From positions 205,716,001-205,780,000 of the forward strand of contig NC_086098.1 of the NCBI RefSeq assembly GCF_963921235.1: a stretch of 64,000 bases of DNA, given 5' to 3'. The notes under the pieces are model-generated. The model saw only the letters and a list, made by a program, of their open reading frames with translations, was not told the DNA's origin and searched no databases. This document shows, one piece after another, positions 36,363 through 47,356 of the stretch; positions within the stretch are counted from its first letter, which is position 1; each line of letters opens with the position of its first letter. This DNA is from Mobula hypostoma. Taxonomy: Eukaryota. The position numbers and the translations under genes are program-made.

Positions 36363-38133
36363 GTCCCTTGGAGGATGAGAAGGGGGAATTGATATTCGGT
36401 AATGAGGAAATGGCTGAGGCTTTGAATGACTATTTTGTGTCAGTTTTCATGGTGGAGCTCACATCTAACATGCCAAAGAGAGATGCTATGGATGCAACCC
36501 CAGGTGAGGACCTCGATACAATAGCTATCACTAAAGAGGTAGTGCTGAGCAAACTCGTAGGACTAAAGATAGGCAAGTCCCCTGGTCCTGATGGAATGCA
36601 TCCCAGGATACTGGAAGAAATAGCGTAAGTTTATAGTAGAGGCTTTGGTGATGATTTACCAAAATTCTCTGGACTCTGGACAGGTCCAGATGGATTGGAA
36701 GATGCTGAATGTCACACCACTGTTCAAAAAAAAAGGATGCAGGCATAAAGCTGGTAACTATAGGCCAGTTAGTTTAACATCTGTAGTTGGGAAAATGCTT
36801 GAGGCTCTCATTAAGTAAGAAATAGCATGGTATCTGGAAAGAAATCGATCAATCAAGCAGATGTAGCATGGATTCAGCAAAGACAGGTCCTGTTTGGCAA
36901 ACTTACTGGAGGATATAACAAGCACAATCGATAGAGGGGAACAGATGAACGTTATTTACATGGATTTCCAGAAGGCATTTGATAAGGTGCCACATAAAAG
37001 ACTTATCCATAAGACAAGGATGCATAGAATCAGTGGGGGGGGGTGATGTATTAGCATGGATAGAGCATTGATTAACCAATAGAAAGCAGAGAAGTGGGAT
37101 ACATGGGTGGTTCTCTGGTTGGCAATCAGTGGTGAGAGGTGTGCTGCACGGATCAGTGCTGGGCCCACAAATATTCAGGATATACATTAACAATCTGGAA
37201 GAGGGAACCGAGTGCAGTGTATCTAAGTTTGCTGATGATACTAAATTGAGTGGAAAAGCAAATGTGCAGAAGATACGGTGAGTCTGCAGAGAGATATAGG
37301 TAGGTTAAGTGAGCGGGCAAGGGCTAGCAGACGGTGTACAATGTTGGTAAATGCGAGGTCATCCACTTTGGAAGGAAAAATGAAAGAGCAGATTATTATT
37401 TAAATGGTAAAAAAATTGCAGCATGCTGCTGTGCAGAGGGAAGTGGGAGTGTTTGTGCATGAATCACAAAAGTTTGGTTTGCAGGTACAGCAGGCTATCA
37501 AGAAGGCAAATGAAATGTTGGCCTTCATTGCTAGAGGGACTGAACTTAAGAGTAGGGAGGTTATGCTGTTACTGTACAGGGTACTGGTGTGGCCGCACCT
37601 GGAGTACTGCATGCAGTTCTGGTCTCCTGACTTGAGGAAGGATATACTGGCTTTGCAGGCAGTGCAGAGGAGGTTCACAAGGTTGATTCCATAGGGGGTT
37701 AGACATTGAGGAGAGATTGCATTGCCTGGGACTGTACTTGCTGGTATTCAGAAGAATGAGAGGAGATCTTATAGAAACATAAAATTATGAGAGGGTTAGA
37801 TAAAATAGAGGCAGGAAAGTTGTTTCCACTGGTATGTGAGACTAGAACTAGGGGACATAGCCTCAAGATTCAGGGAAGTAGATTCAGGATGGAGATGAGG
37901 AGGAACTGCTTTTCTCAGAGAATGGTGAATCTCTGGAATTCTCTGCCCAATGAAGCAGTGAAGGCTACCTCAGTAAATATATTTAAGACAAGGTTGCCTG
38001 GTAGGAGAATTAAGGGTTACGGAGAAAAGGCAGGTAAGTGGAGATGAGTCCACGGCCAGATCAGCCATGATCTTATTGAATGGCGGTGCAGGCTCGACAG
38101 GCCAGATAGCCTACTTCCGCTCCTATTTCTTAT

Positions 38134-38341
38134 CGCAAACACGAGGAAATCTGCAGATTCTGGAATTTCAAGCAACACACATAAAAGTTGCTGGTGAATG
38201 CAGCAGGCCAGGCAGCATCTCCAGGAAGAGGTACAGTCGATGTTTCAGGCTGAGAAGGGTTCGGCCCAAAAAGTTGACTGTACCTCTTCCTAGAGATGCT
38301 GCCTGGCCTGCTGCGTTCACCAGCAACTTTTACGTGTGTTG
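38134..38341. mobile_element. Penelope-derived fold-back mini-element (208 bp) with 12-bp TSD
   Basis: TSD cctatttcttat at 38122-38133 and 38342-38353; ~80-bp inverted arms 38172-38253 and 38261-38342; the turn lies within the hammerhead core. Confidence 0.92.
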
Positions 38342-38859
38342 CCTATTTCTTATGTTCTTATCAGTTGTACAGAGCTCCCAATATTGTCCTGATGAAGTCA
38401 GTGGAGCCAAATGAATACAACCAGAAGCTGCTGTACTCAGATTTGAGCCTGGCCGAATGACATTTCATTTCCTTCCAGAGGCATTAAACTAGCCAAGTAT
38501 TAAGTATAGTCATACAGTACAATAATAGAGAAGAAAATGGATTATAATAAACATAACTTCCACTTCTCAAAGAAAAAAAACTCAATAGTAACTAAAAGTG
38601 AAACGCCACAGCTGTAAATGTTATACATCCCAAGCTGTTTGGCAATAAGACATATTATTATTAAAATATTCAACATCTCTGAAGCACATGTCCAAGCATG
38701 ATTCAGGGTAACTGATGTGGAAGTACTGCAAGTTTACAGCATTTATGCATTTTAAAACCAAACAACATCATTGTTTGTTTAGGAGTAGGCTAATTCCTGA
38801 TTTCAAAGTTTAACATTCACTTAACAAAACTTACCTAGACTTCATTAAGAGTTTGAGGA

Positions 38860-39060
38860 TTTTTGGTATTTTACCAGACATGCAAATTTCTACAGACATA
38901 CAAAGGAGTTCATTCTGACTGCTTACATCACAGCCCGGTATAGAAGCTTCAAAACACAGGACCGCAGTAGGGTGCAGAGCGTTGTACCTTCAGCCAGCTC
39001 CATCATACTCACAACCCCCCTCACCATCAACAACATCAAGACCCTCACGGGACATGCACT
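38860..39060 (+). mobile_element. Decayed Rex/Babar LINE fragment
   Basis: aaatttctacagacatacaaaggagttcattctgactgcttacatcacagcccggtat resembles the FYRCTxESILT..ITAWY region. Confidence 0.6.
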
Positions 39061-39187
39061 CTTTGCAGTTCTGTAGAGACTGTTATAGTTTGAAATTGAT
39101 TTATCAAATAAATAAAGGATTACTGTATAGGCAAAATTTAAACAAAATGTAAGTAAACCAAAGACCTACAAAAACAGACATCCCACC

Positions 39188-39580
39188 AGTGATGTTGTGG
39201 GGATGGAACTGGACTCTCTGACGGTGGTGTCTGAAAAGAGGATGCTGTCTAAGGTGCATGCCATCTTGGTCAATATCTCCCATCCACTACATAATGTACT
39301 GGTTGGGCACAGGAATACATTCAGCCAGAGACTCATTCTACCGAGATGCAACACTGAGCATCATAGGAAGTCATTCCTGCCTGTGGCCATTAAACTTTAC
39401 AACTCCTCCCTTGAAGGGCCAGACACCCTGAGCCGATAGGCTGGTCCTGGACTTATTTCATAATTTACCGGCATAATTTACATATTACTATTTATCTATT
39501 TATGGTTCTATTACTATTTATTATTTATGGTGCAACTGTAAAGAAAACCAATTTCCCCCTGGATCAATAAAGTATGACTG
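39188..39580 (+). mobile_element. Rex1 LINE 3' fragment inserted next to the left TIR of the hAT
   Basis: ORF 39197..39439 (SHPLHNVL...KSFLPVAIKLYNSS); ends aataaagtatgact; splits cccacc|tctcccgg. Confidence 0.9.
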
Positions 39581-39674
39581 TCTCCCGGAAATTCCAGGAG
39601 TCTCCCGCATATTAATAGTGGCTCTCTGATGCCAGCAAATTATATACAATGTCATGAAAATCAATTTTTTTGAA

Positions 39675-39985
39675 AGCGAGCGAGACAGCGCGAGAGAGAA
39701 AGCAAAAGAGAAAGCGCGAGAGCGACCACGAGAGAAAGCAAGATCAAGCAAGCGAGAGAGAGAGAGGGAGGGAGGGAGAGAGAGATAGAGAGAGCGCGAG
39801 AACAAGCAAGCGAGAGCGTGTGAGCGAGAGAGAAAGCAAGCGAGAGCGAGAGAGAGAGGAGGAGCAAGCAAGAGAGAAAGCGCGAGAGCGACCACAAGAG
39901 AGAGCGAGCAAGAGCGCGCAAGCGAGAAAGCAAGTGAGAGAGAGAGCAAGCGCGCGCGAGCAAGAGAGAGAGAGAGAGAGCGCAC
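39675..39985. repeat. Complex (GA)n/GCGA/GCAA microsatellite inside the hAT element
   Basis: Direct reading; it generates the low-complexity ORFs at 39521..40030. Confidence 0.95.
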
Positions 39986-42262
39986 CATGAGAGAGTGTTC
40001 CAAAAAAAGAAAATATAAAACGTACGTCACCGCAGACTACACTAAAGTGAACCCCTGCCTAATAGGGGTCAAAAATAATGACAGTGTTGCTCGCTGCACT
40101 GTTTGCAACAGTGACTTTTCTATTGCCCATGGTGGGGTAAGACTGTAAAAGACATGTTGAGGTGAGTTTAACAGGTGTCATTTGTTCATTAGCATAGCTA
40201 ACGTTATTTAAACTAGCTGGCTGGCTGCTAAGGAGCTACTGTATTTCAGACATCCCACCTCTCCCGGGAGCCTCCCGCAAATTGATGGTGCTATCTCCCT
40301 AAAATGAGTTTTTGCAGGGTGGGATGTCTGCAAAAAGAAAAAAAAAACACATTTTAGAAATATTTAGTAGCACAGGCAGTAGCTCTGGAGAGAGAAAATA
40401 AATTTTCACATCAGTCACCTTCTTTAGAATACAAACCTGAAATGTTTGTGAGGCATAAACAGGCCATACACCACTGCACACATGCTAACCTTCCTACCTA
40501 ACTATATTAATTCCATTTGTCCACACCAGGTCTATATTCTTCTATACCTTGACTTTTTATGTGCTCATCACAAATTGTCTTAAACAGTGATTGTATCTAA
40601 CACCGCTTCCTCCCCCACAAAACATTCCCAATATGAACCTCATTCTCTAAATAAAAAACCTCAAGTTTCTCTGTCCACAGATGCTGACTGACCTAATGCA
40701 TCTCCTGCTATTGCTTTGTATTTCAAGTATCTGCATTTTTATTTTTGCTTTTATTAAAAATACTTTAGGGTTTACAATTGAATACAGAAATCCCCAAAAT
40801 AGTCTCACACACAAAAAGCTCTGACAGAAACTGTCAAATGATCAAAACAAATCTTTACAAAATTAGGCACTGTAAATATTGAAACCAAAATATGAAACAT
40901 CAAGGACAAAACATTGTTTCTTCATTCAGTCCTGGTAATTTGGAAAGAACACTTCTTCCTTTAAATGTGTAAAATTTTAATGAGATGGCTTGAGCAATCA
41001 GAAACAGCTGAAAAACATTACAAATAAACATCATAGAAAATTTGTAATCCTATGCAGGGGGAGCTTAAATAATGAATGTTTCATCACACAGGAACTGTTG
41101 TAAATTTGTAGCTAAGGCATAGAATAGTTACATATAAATGGATGCTTAATGAAGGATACACTAAATCTGTAGATTATTGTGGACTCTAGCTGCAAAAACA
41201 AACAAGCAAAAAAATTGATTTCTCAGAAGATCTGTGGCTCATCTGATGTATTTCAAAAGGATATATTGGTGGGCTATGCAGACAGTTCTTGCCTCCACAA
41301 CAAACATATTGGATGCGTAGATGAACCATAAATAAATCTTCACATTATTCAACATGAAAACTGAAATCCACTTTGAACAAAACGAGGAGATTACCTTTTT
41401 CCATAACATAGCTACATTCTGTATTTAAGATGTAATTAAATTTACAAGAACAGTGCAAAAATTTACAAAGTAACTTATTTCCTGGTCTCTATTGCCAAGT
41501 AATTATTGTTTCTCTTTTCCTGGCCTCTTAATCATCTGATGCATAACTGTTTCACCTCAGGGCGTATTTCCTAAAACAAAACTCCACCACAAGTGGAAAT
41601 ACAAAATGATGGAATCAAAAAGGAACAAGGTCCTTTGGATTTGCAGCGCTGTCATTTCATCGTTTTCCATTAACACAAACATTTCTGTTAAAGTGAACCC
41701 TCAGGGAATAACCAAACGAAATGTTAAGTCCGCATTCCCTGAATACAAGTACTGCAGTTTCTAAAAACAATTTGACTTTTGACTTGAAAGCATGTGTCAG
41801 TTTTTATAGCATTCCAATGAGGAACTAATTCAATTATATTTGTGTTTTTTAATCAGCTTATGTCTCTAACAGCTAATTTGCAGCTAGTTGCAATTATCAT
41901 TTATGTCTATTTTCTACCTTGATTTATAATTTTGGAATCCAAAATACATGCCTCAACTTAACTAAGAGACATCATATTTAAGGCTGAAAGAGCTCATTAG
42001 TCAGCTTATAATCATTTGCTAAAATGCCTCTAAATTAAGTTTTGGTAGCTTTGTTTTGCAGGAGACAGGTGACCAAGGAAATATCAGAGTAGCTTCATAC
42101 TTAAACAGGAATTTTTGAACACCATAGTAGTAGAACACTCTACTTCAAATTAAAAAGGAAAATATTCTGCGCAGCAGCTTTAGTTCTGATCTCAAGTTCA
42201 TCTGGTTGAGTGCCTCAAGACATGATAACTACAAACTAACTCCTCGTTATCAATTAACTTAT

Positions 42263-42295
42263 AAACTGCCTGATTAATTGATTAATCAGTAGTTT
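42263..42295. promoter_or_regulatory. Palindromic homeodomain-site cluster (candidate enhancer core)
   Basis: aaactgc-ctgattaat-tg-attaatcag-tagttt; contains TAATTGATTA and a TGATTAAT on each strand. Confidence 0.35.
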
Positions 42296-42494
42296 GATCA
42301 AAAAAACGTTTGAATTTCTACCCCAAACTTAACACCTTCTTAGAAGTAGAATAAAGAGACTGGGAGACAATAAAATAAAAACAAGTTGATAGTTTAAAAA
42401 AAACGCTATCAGGAAAATAAAGTCAGAAGTTCTGGTGACACTTAGAAACAAATAAAATACAAAACTTTAAATTATTTATGATTACAGAGTATAT

Positions 42495-42770
42495 AGTATC
42501 AGAGGGCACGCATTTAAGGTGAGAAGGGGTAATTTCAAAGGAGATGCAAGGGGCAAGTTTTCCTACACAAAGAGTGGTGGGTGCCTGGAATGCACTGCTT
42601 GGGTTTTGCTTGAGGTAGATACATGAGGGGCAAATGAATGTGAGGGAAATGGAACGATGTGTTTAGGCATATGGAATTAGCTTCACTGGCCACTTCATTA
42701 CTAGTTTATCTGATCAGCGCAACATTATGGGCCAAAGGGCCTGTTCCCATCTAGCATCACTCTATGTTCT
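42495..42770 (+). mobile_element. CR1 3' fragment
   Basis: agagggcacgcatttaaggtgag...agagtggtgggtgcctggaatgcactg...gggccaaagggcctgttc. Confidence 0.8.
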
Positions 42771-42784
42771 ATTATTTTTAACAT

Positions 42785-43010
42785 AATGCTATTACAGTGC
42801 CAGCCAACTGGATTTCATTCTGCCGCAGTCTGTATGTTCTCCTTGTGACCACATGGGTTTCCTCCGGGTGCTCCTGTTTCCTCTCATATTCCTAAGATTG
42901 TGTGTCTTAGTAAATCAATCGATCACATAGGTGTCATTGGGCAGCGTGGGTGTGTTGGACTGCAAAGGCCTGTTACCGTGCTGTATCTCCAAATCTTAAA
43001 ATAAAAATAA
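42785..43010 (+). mobile_element. HE1/V-SINE
   Basis: V-domain gtgaccacatgggtttcctccgggtgctcctgtttcctctcat; tail ggcctgttaccgtgctgtatctc. Confidence 0.8.
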
Positions 43011-43496
43011 ACACATTTTATAACTAAACCCAGGAGATGACTCTATTTCAATGTATGCCCAGTTCCTTTACCAAATGGAATTACTAATTTTTGGTTTGTG
43101 GAAAGATCCACATCAGGTGGATTACTACGAAACGTAAGAATGATAACATGACAGAGGAGATGAGAATAATTGTTCTCCATGAGTATGGCAGGAAGAGAGT
43201 GTTGGGGAAGCAGGTTACTGGGGTTGGAAGGGGAAGGGTACACATGAAAAGTAATGTTGGTTCTAAAAAATGGAAATAAGGAGGCATGTCCAGGGACAGA
43301 GTGAAAAAGGAGAGGAGGAATAAAGATGAGGTAACATTAATCTGCACCAGGGTGAAGGGCAAGACTGCAAAGATACTGGTGTAAGGTAAAGATTCAACGA
43401 TGGGTCCAGTAAACATGTAAATGATAACAGCAGAGTCAATCACACTTACTGCTCAAACAAAAATGGAAGCTCAAAGGTTCTGAAGGACAGTGAAGT

Positions 43497-43635
43497 AGAA
43501 ACATAGAAAACCTACAACACAATACAGGCCCTTCGGCCCACAATGCTGTGCCAAACATGTACTTACTTTAGAAATTACTTAGGGTTACCCATAGCCCTCT
43601 ATTTTTCTAGGCTCCATGTACCTATCAAAGAGTCT
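43497..43635 (-). mobile_element. CR1 3' terminal stub
   Basis: tagaaacatagaaaacctacaacacaatacaggcccttcggcccaca. Confidence 0.8.
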
Positions 43636-43879
43636 CTTAAACTACCCTATTGTGCATTAAGAGTATGTGGGGGAGCAGGAAGGACAAAAAAAGGGCATTA
43701 AAAGAAGTACGTGAGAAAGAAAGGAAGGTAATCATAAGAGAGCACAGACCTTGCTAGAAAGTTGAGATGAACTGAAGGTAAATAGTACTGTTGGGTAGAA
43801 TAGGTTAAAATTACTTCCATAATCCACAATTTCCAACTGAGAATGCTCATTGTTAGATTATGGATGAAGACCAATAATT

Positions 43880-44465
43880 TTTGAATTGGAATTGCTTATT
43901 ATTGTCACAGATACTGAGATACAGTGCAAACTAGTCTTGCATGCTGTGCATTACACAGTACATCGAGTAGAAAAAGGTAAAACAGTAACACAATGTTGCA
44001 TAAAGTATAACAGCTACAGAGGAAATGCAGTGCAGGTAAGCCATACGGTGCAAGGAGATAATGAGGTAGATTGTGGCGTTATCATACTAGGGAACCATTC
44101 AATAGTCCAACAATAGTGGGATAGAAGCTGTCTTTGAGCCTGGTGGTAACGTGCTTTCAAGATTTTGTATTTGCTGTCTGATGGAAGAGGGGAGAAGAGA
44201 AAATATCTGGGTTGGGTGGGAACATTGATTATTTTGACTGCTTTACTAAGGCAGCAATAAGTATAGACAGAAACCATGGAGGGAATACTGCTTCCTGTGA
44301 TGTGTCCACAACTCACAGTGGCTTCTTGCAGTCATGTGCAGAGCAGAGGCCAAACAAAGCCATGATACTTCCAGATAGGATGCCTTTTATGGTGCCTTGA
44401 TAAAAATCATTTAGGGTTGACAGGGACATGCCATTTTGCTTTAGACACCTGAGGAAGTTGAGCTG
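43880..44465 (-). mobile_element. Decayed Rex/Babar LINE 3' fragment
   Basis: ORF 44014..44316 (KAVKIINVPTQPRYFLFSPLPSDSKYKILKAR). Confidence 0.75.
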
Positions 44466-44699
44466 TTGATCAGCAAAATATTAATTGGTATATTTATTCC
44501 AAAGCAAGTTCACATACAAGTCTCCTAAGGTGGAGATATGAGAACTTAAAGCAGCATAAATGTTAATGTATCAAATGGCTCTAGTGTTATCAGCACATCA
44601 AAACCCTTACAATTTAGTATTAATTCCATCTGCACCAATATAAGAGGATACTTTATTCCATAGCGTCAAAAAATGTTATCTATTACCAGTCAAATCAAT

Positions 44700-44990
44700 G
44701 GGGCAGCACAGTAGCACAGTGGTCAGCGCTGCACTTTACAGTATAGGTGACCCGGGTTCAATTCTTGCTGCTGCCTATAAGGAGTTTATATGTTGTCCTC
44801 GTGAGTGTGTAAGTTTCCTCTGGGTGCTCTGGTTTCCCCTACAGTCCAAAGAAGTACCAGTTGGTAGGTTAGTTGGTCATTGTAAATTGTCCCGTGATTA
44901 GGCGAGGATTAAATCGGGGGATACTGGGCAGAATGGCTCAAGGGACCGGAAGAGCCTATGCCGCGCTGTATCTCAATAAGCAAATAAAAT
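44700..44990 (+). mobile_element. HE1/V-SINE
   Basis: A box gtagcacagtgg, B box ggttcaattc, V-domain gtttcctctgggtgctctggtttcccctacagtccaaaga, CR1-like tail. Confidence 0.9.
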
Positions 44991-47071
44991 GAATTAATAA
45001 ATTATGAGCCTAATTACATCTCCTGGAAAGTACAAGCATTTTGAGTTCAAGGAAAAGGAAATGCTGGGTTACAGTGTAATTCATATAGTAAGCAAACCCA
45101 ATATACAGCCAACACAATGTGCAACACTGCATAAACAAAACATATTTAAGATGAAAAATATAAAATATATTCCACAGAAATGTTAAGTTTCTGCTGCATT
45201 AAAGGAGATGAAAGCAGAAAAATTGCTTCCAGAAATTTCACAGACAAGATTTACTCCAAAAGCAACACAGTAAGTACATTACAGTACTACAGGGAAGATT
45301 TTCTTTTAGAAAGGGAACATCTGTCTTGTTGCTGGTTCACAACATGACCAGTGTTATGAAACAACAAAGCCGTAACCTGTATTATTAATAGTTTCTTAGC
45401 CTGCAGTTCATTACGGAGAGGAATGGCTGTGTGGGTGTTGCAGGTGATATTGACTGTGCAAGGCTTTAAGCTGCCAGTGTAGCTTGATTTCCTAGCTGCT
45501 GGAGATGAAAGGGGAACTAGTGGCTAGCCTGTTCCTCTGCATAAATACAAGTTAAATGAGCAGTGCCTCTCACACATTTCCATATGGATCTGACGAGAAG
45601 TTGACATTGGCTACAAGTTTCCACATATAGTTGCAGGTTTTATTTCTTCTACCTGCAATATAGACACAGATACAAAAATGCAGTGCTCGGCTACCTCAAA
45701 GGCAATGACAGAATTAAAACACTTTGTTACTTTAATTCTCATCTCAGAAGACTCAAATTCACCTTGCTAAAATCCTCATGAGCATTTTGACCAATAACAC
45801 TCTCTCAGCTTTTTTTTTGCAAGCATTGCAGAGAAAACGAGATGACTTATTCCATTTATGAGCATTTAGAGGAGCAGGTTCTCCTTTTCCTCTGGGTGTG
45901 GTATTAGCAATAATGAAGAAATACAAGATCATATCGGAAGGCTCACAGTCCCCAAGAGACCCCACTGATTTTCTGTCTCGAAGCCTCATGCATATGGATG
46001 ACAAGCCTGCCCTAGACTCTTCCGTTTCTTTTTACAGTACTGGATTTCTCAAGTGCCCAGGTTATACTTAAAATTCCAACTGCCATGATCAGTTACTCAG
46101 TGAAAAATATTTTGAAGCAGCACAGTGATTTTAAAACATAGACACATTTCTGGTGTTTGTGGGAAAGACCTGCAAAATCCAAATTAAAAAGCCGTGAATG
46201 AAATACAGGAACAGAAAGTTAATGTACTGTGTGATCTCACTGTCTTTATTAATACATGACAACTAGGCAGAATAGACACTGCAGGAAAACAGTGGTCATG
46301 ATTAGATGGTATTATCCTGCAAGAGCAGTGGAGAAAATTAAGCACACATTAAGTCCATTGTTGACTTAGATATATCTTTAGGGAAATGATTATGAAAAAA
46401 GAAGTCTTGTGTGTGGACTTCCCTCTTTCACCTTCCCTCTCCCTCCAACAATTCTGCATGTTTATTTGAAGAGCTTTACCTTTACATTTAATCCCTTAGC
46501 AGAACAAGTGCAGTATTTTCTTTCAAATGGCCTGTTCCAGTTGTGACAGTATATTCACACTGGGTATACTATACACATACTAACTAGCTATTTATCATTA
46601 AAGATGTTAATGTCTCTATGGCACTGGGTCCCATGCATAGCCAGATCACTGAATGTCTCAAAACACGAGCTGTCAAAAATGTTAGATTACCCACTCGAGG
46701 CACCATTCTCCTCAACCTTCCAGTTCACTTCCAGATACTGCAGCAACTTCCATCATTCCACAAGGGGATAAAGGTGGGGCAGGCATCTAGAGACCCAATA
46801 AAAAGCTTTGTACTCTGCACAGTGATTTCATGCTGTGCCCTTCACCACTCTGCTGTGTGCAAGGTCACATGCTGAGCTCTGGGCTTAATGCTGTTCCTTC
46901 AGGCAAAGAATTGGACCCCAAGAAACAACTGTAGTGAAAATTATAGCTCTCATCAGCAGCGAGTCAAAGCGAAGTGTGGAGGATGCTGCCCAGATGTCAG
47001 AATAGAAAGAAAAACAAATCAAGACAGATACGACTGGCTCAATTAAGAGTCCAGACAGGATTCACTTCATC

Positions 47072-47356
47072 TTTATTTATTTACACAGCACAATGTAGGC
47101 CCTTCCGGCCCTCCAAGCTGCGGCAACCAGCAATCCCACAATTTAATCCTCGCCTAGTCATGGGACAATTTACAATGACCAATAACTCTACCAACTTCTA
47201 AGCATTTGGAATGTGGGAGGAAACTGGAGCACCCAGAGGAAACCCATGCGGTCACGGGGAGAACATACAAACTCCTTTCAGGCAGCTGTGGGAATTGAAC
47301 CCAGATCTCCGGTACTGTAAAGCATTGTACTAACCACTCCATTACCATGCCGCCCC
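47072..47356 (-). mobile_element. HE1/V-SINE
   Basis: Reverse strand begins ggggcggcatggtaatggagtggttag; plus-strand V-domain gtgggaggaaactggagcacccagaggaaaccc. Confidence 0.9.

Larger units (their letters stand above)
35869..38360 (+). mobile_element. CR1 LINE ORF2 (RT) to 3' end, disrupted, hosting two Penelope-derived insertions
   Basis: ORFs 36368..36628 (KSPGPDGMHPRIL), 37404..37694 (PHLEYCMQFWSP), 37787..38047; SKFADDTK at ~37221. Confidence 0.95.
39175..40330 (+). mobile_element. Non-autonomous hAT-like DNA transposon with BED zinc-finger remnant
   Basis: TIRs cagacatcccacc at 39175-39187 and ggtgggatgtctg ending at 40330; flanking caaaaa on both sides; from 39987 reads MRECSKKRKYKTY...ARCTVCNSDFSIAHGG...KRHVE followed by a gtgagt donor. 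Confidence 0.8.

Noticed and set aside
39521-40030. Long ORFs rich in L/S/A or R/E/S
   Set aside because: Translation artefacts of the GA/GC microsatellite
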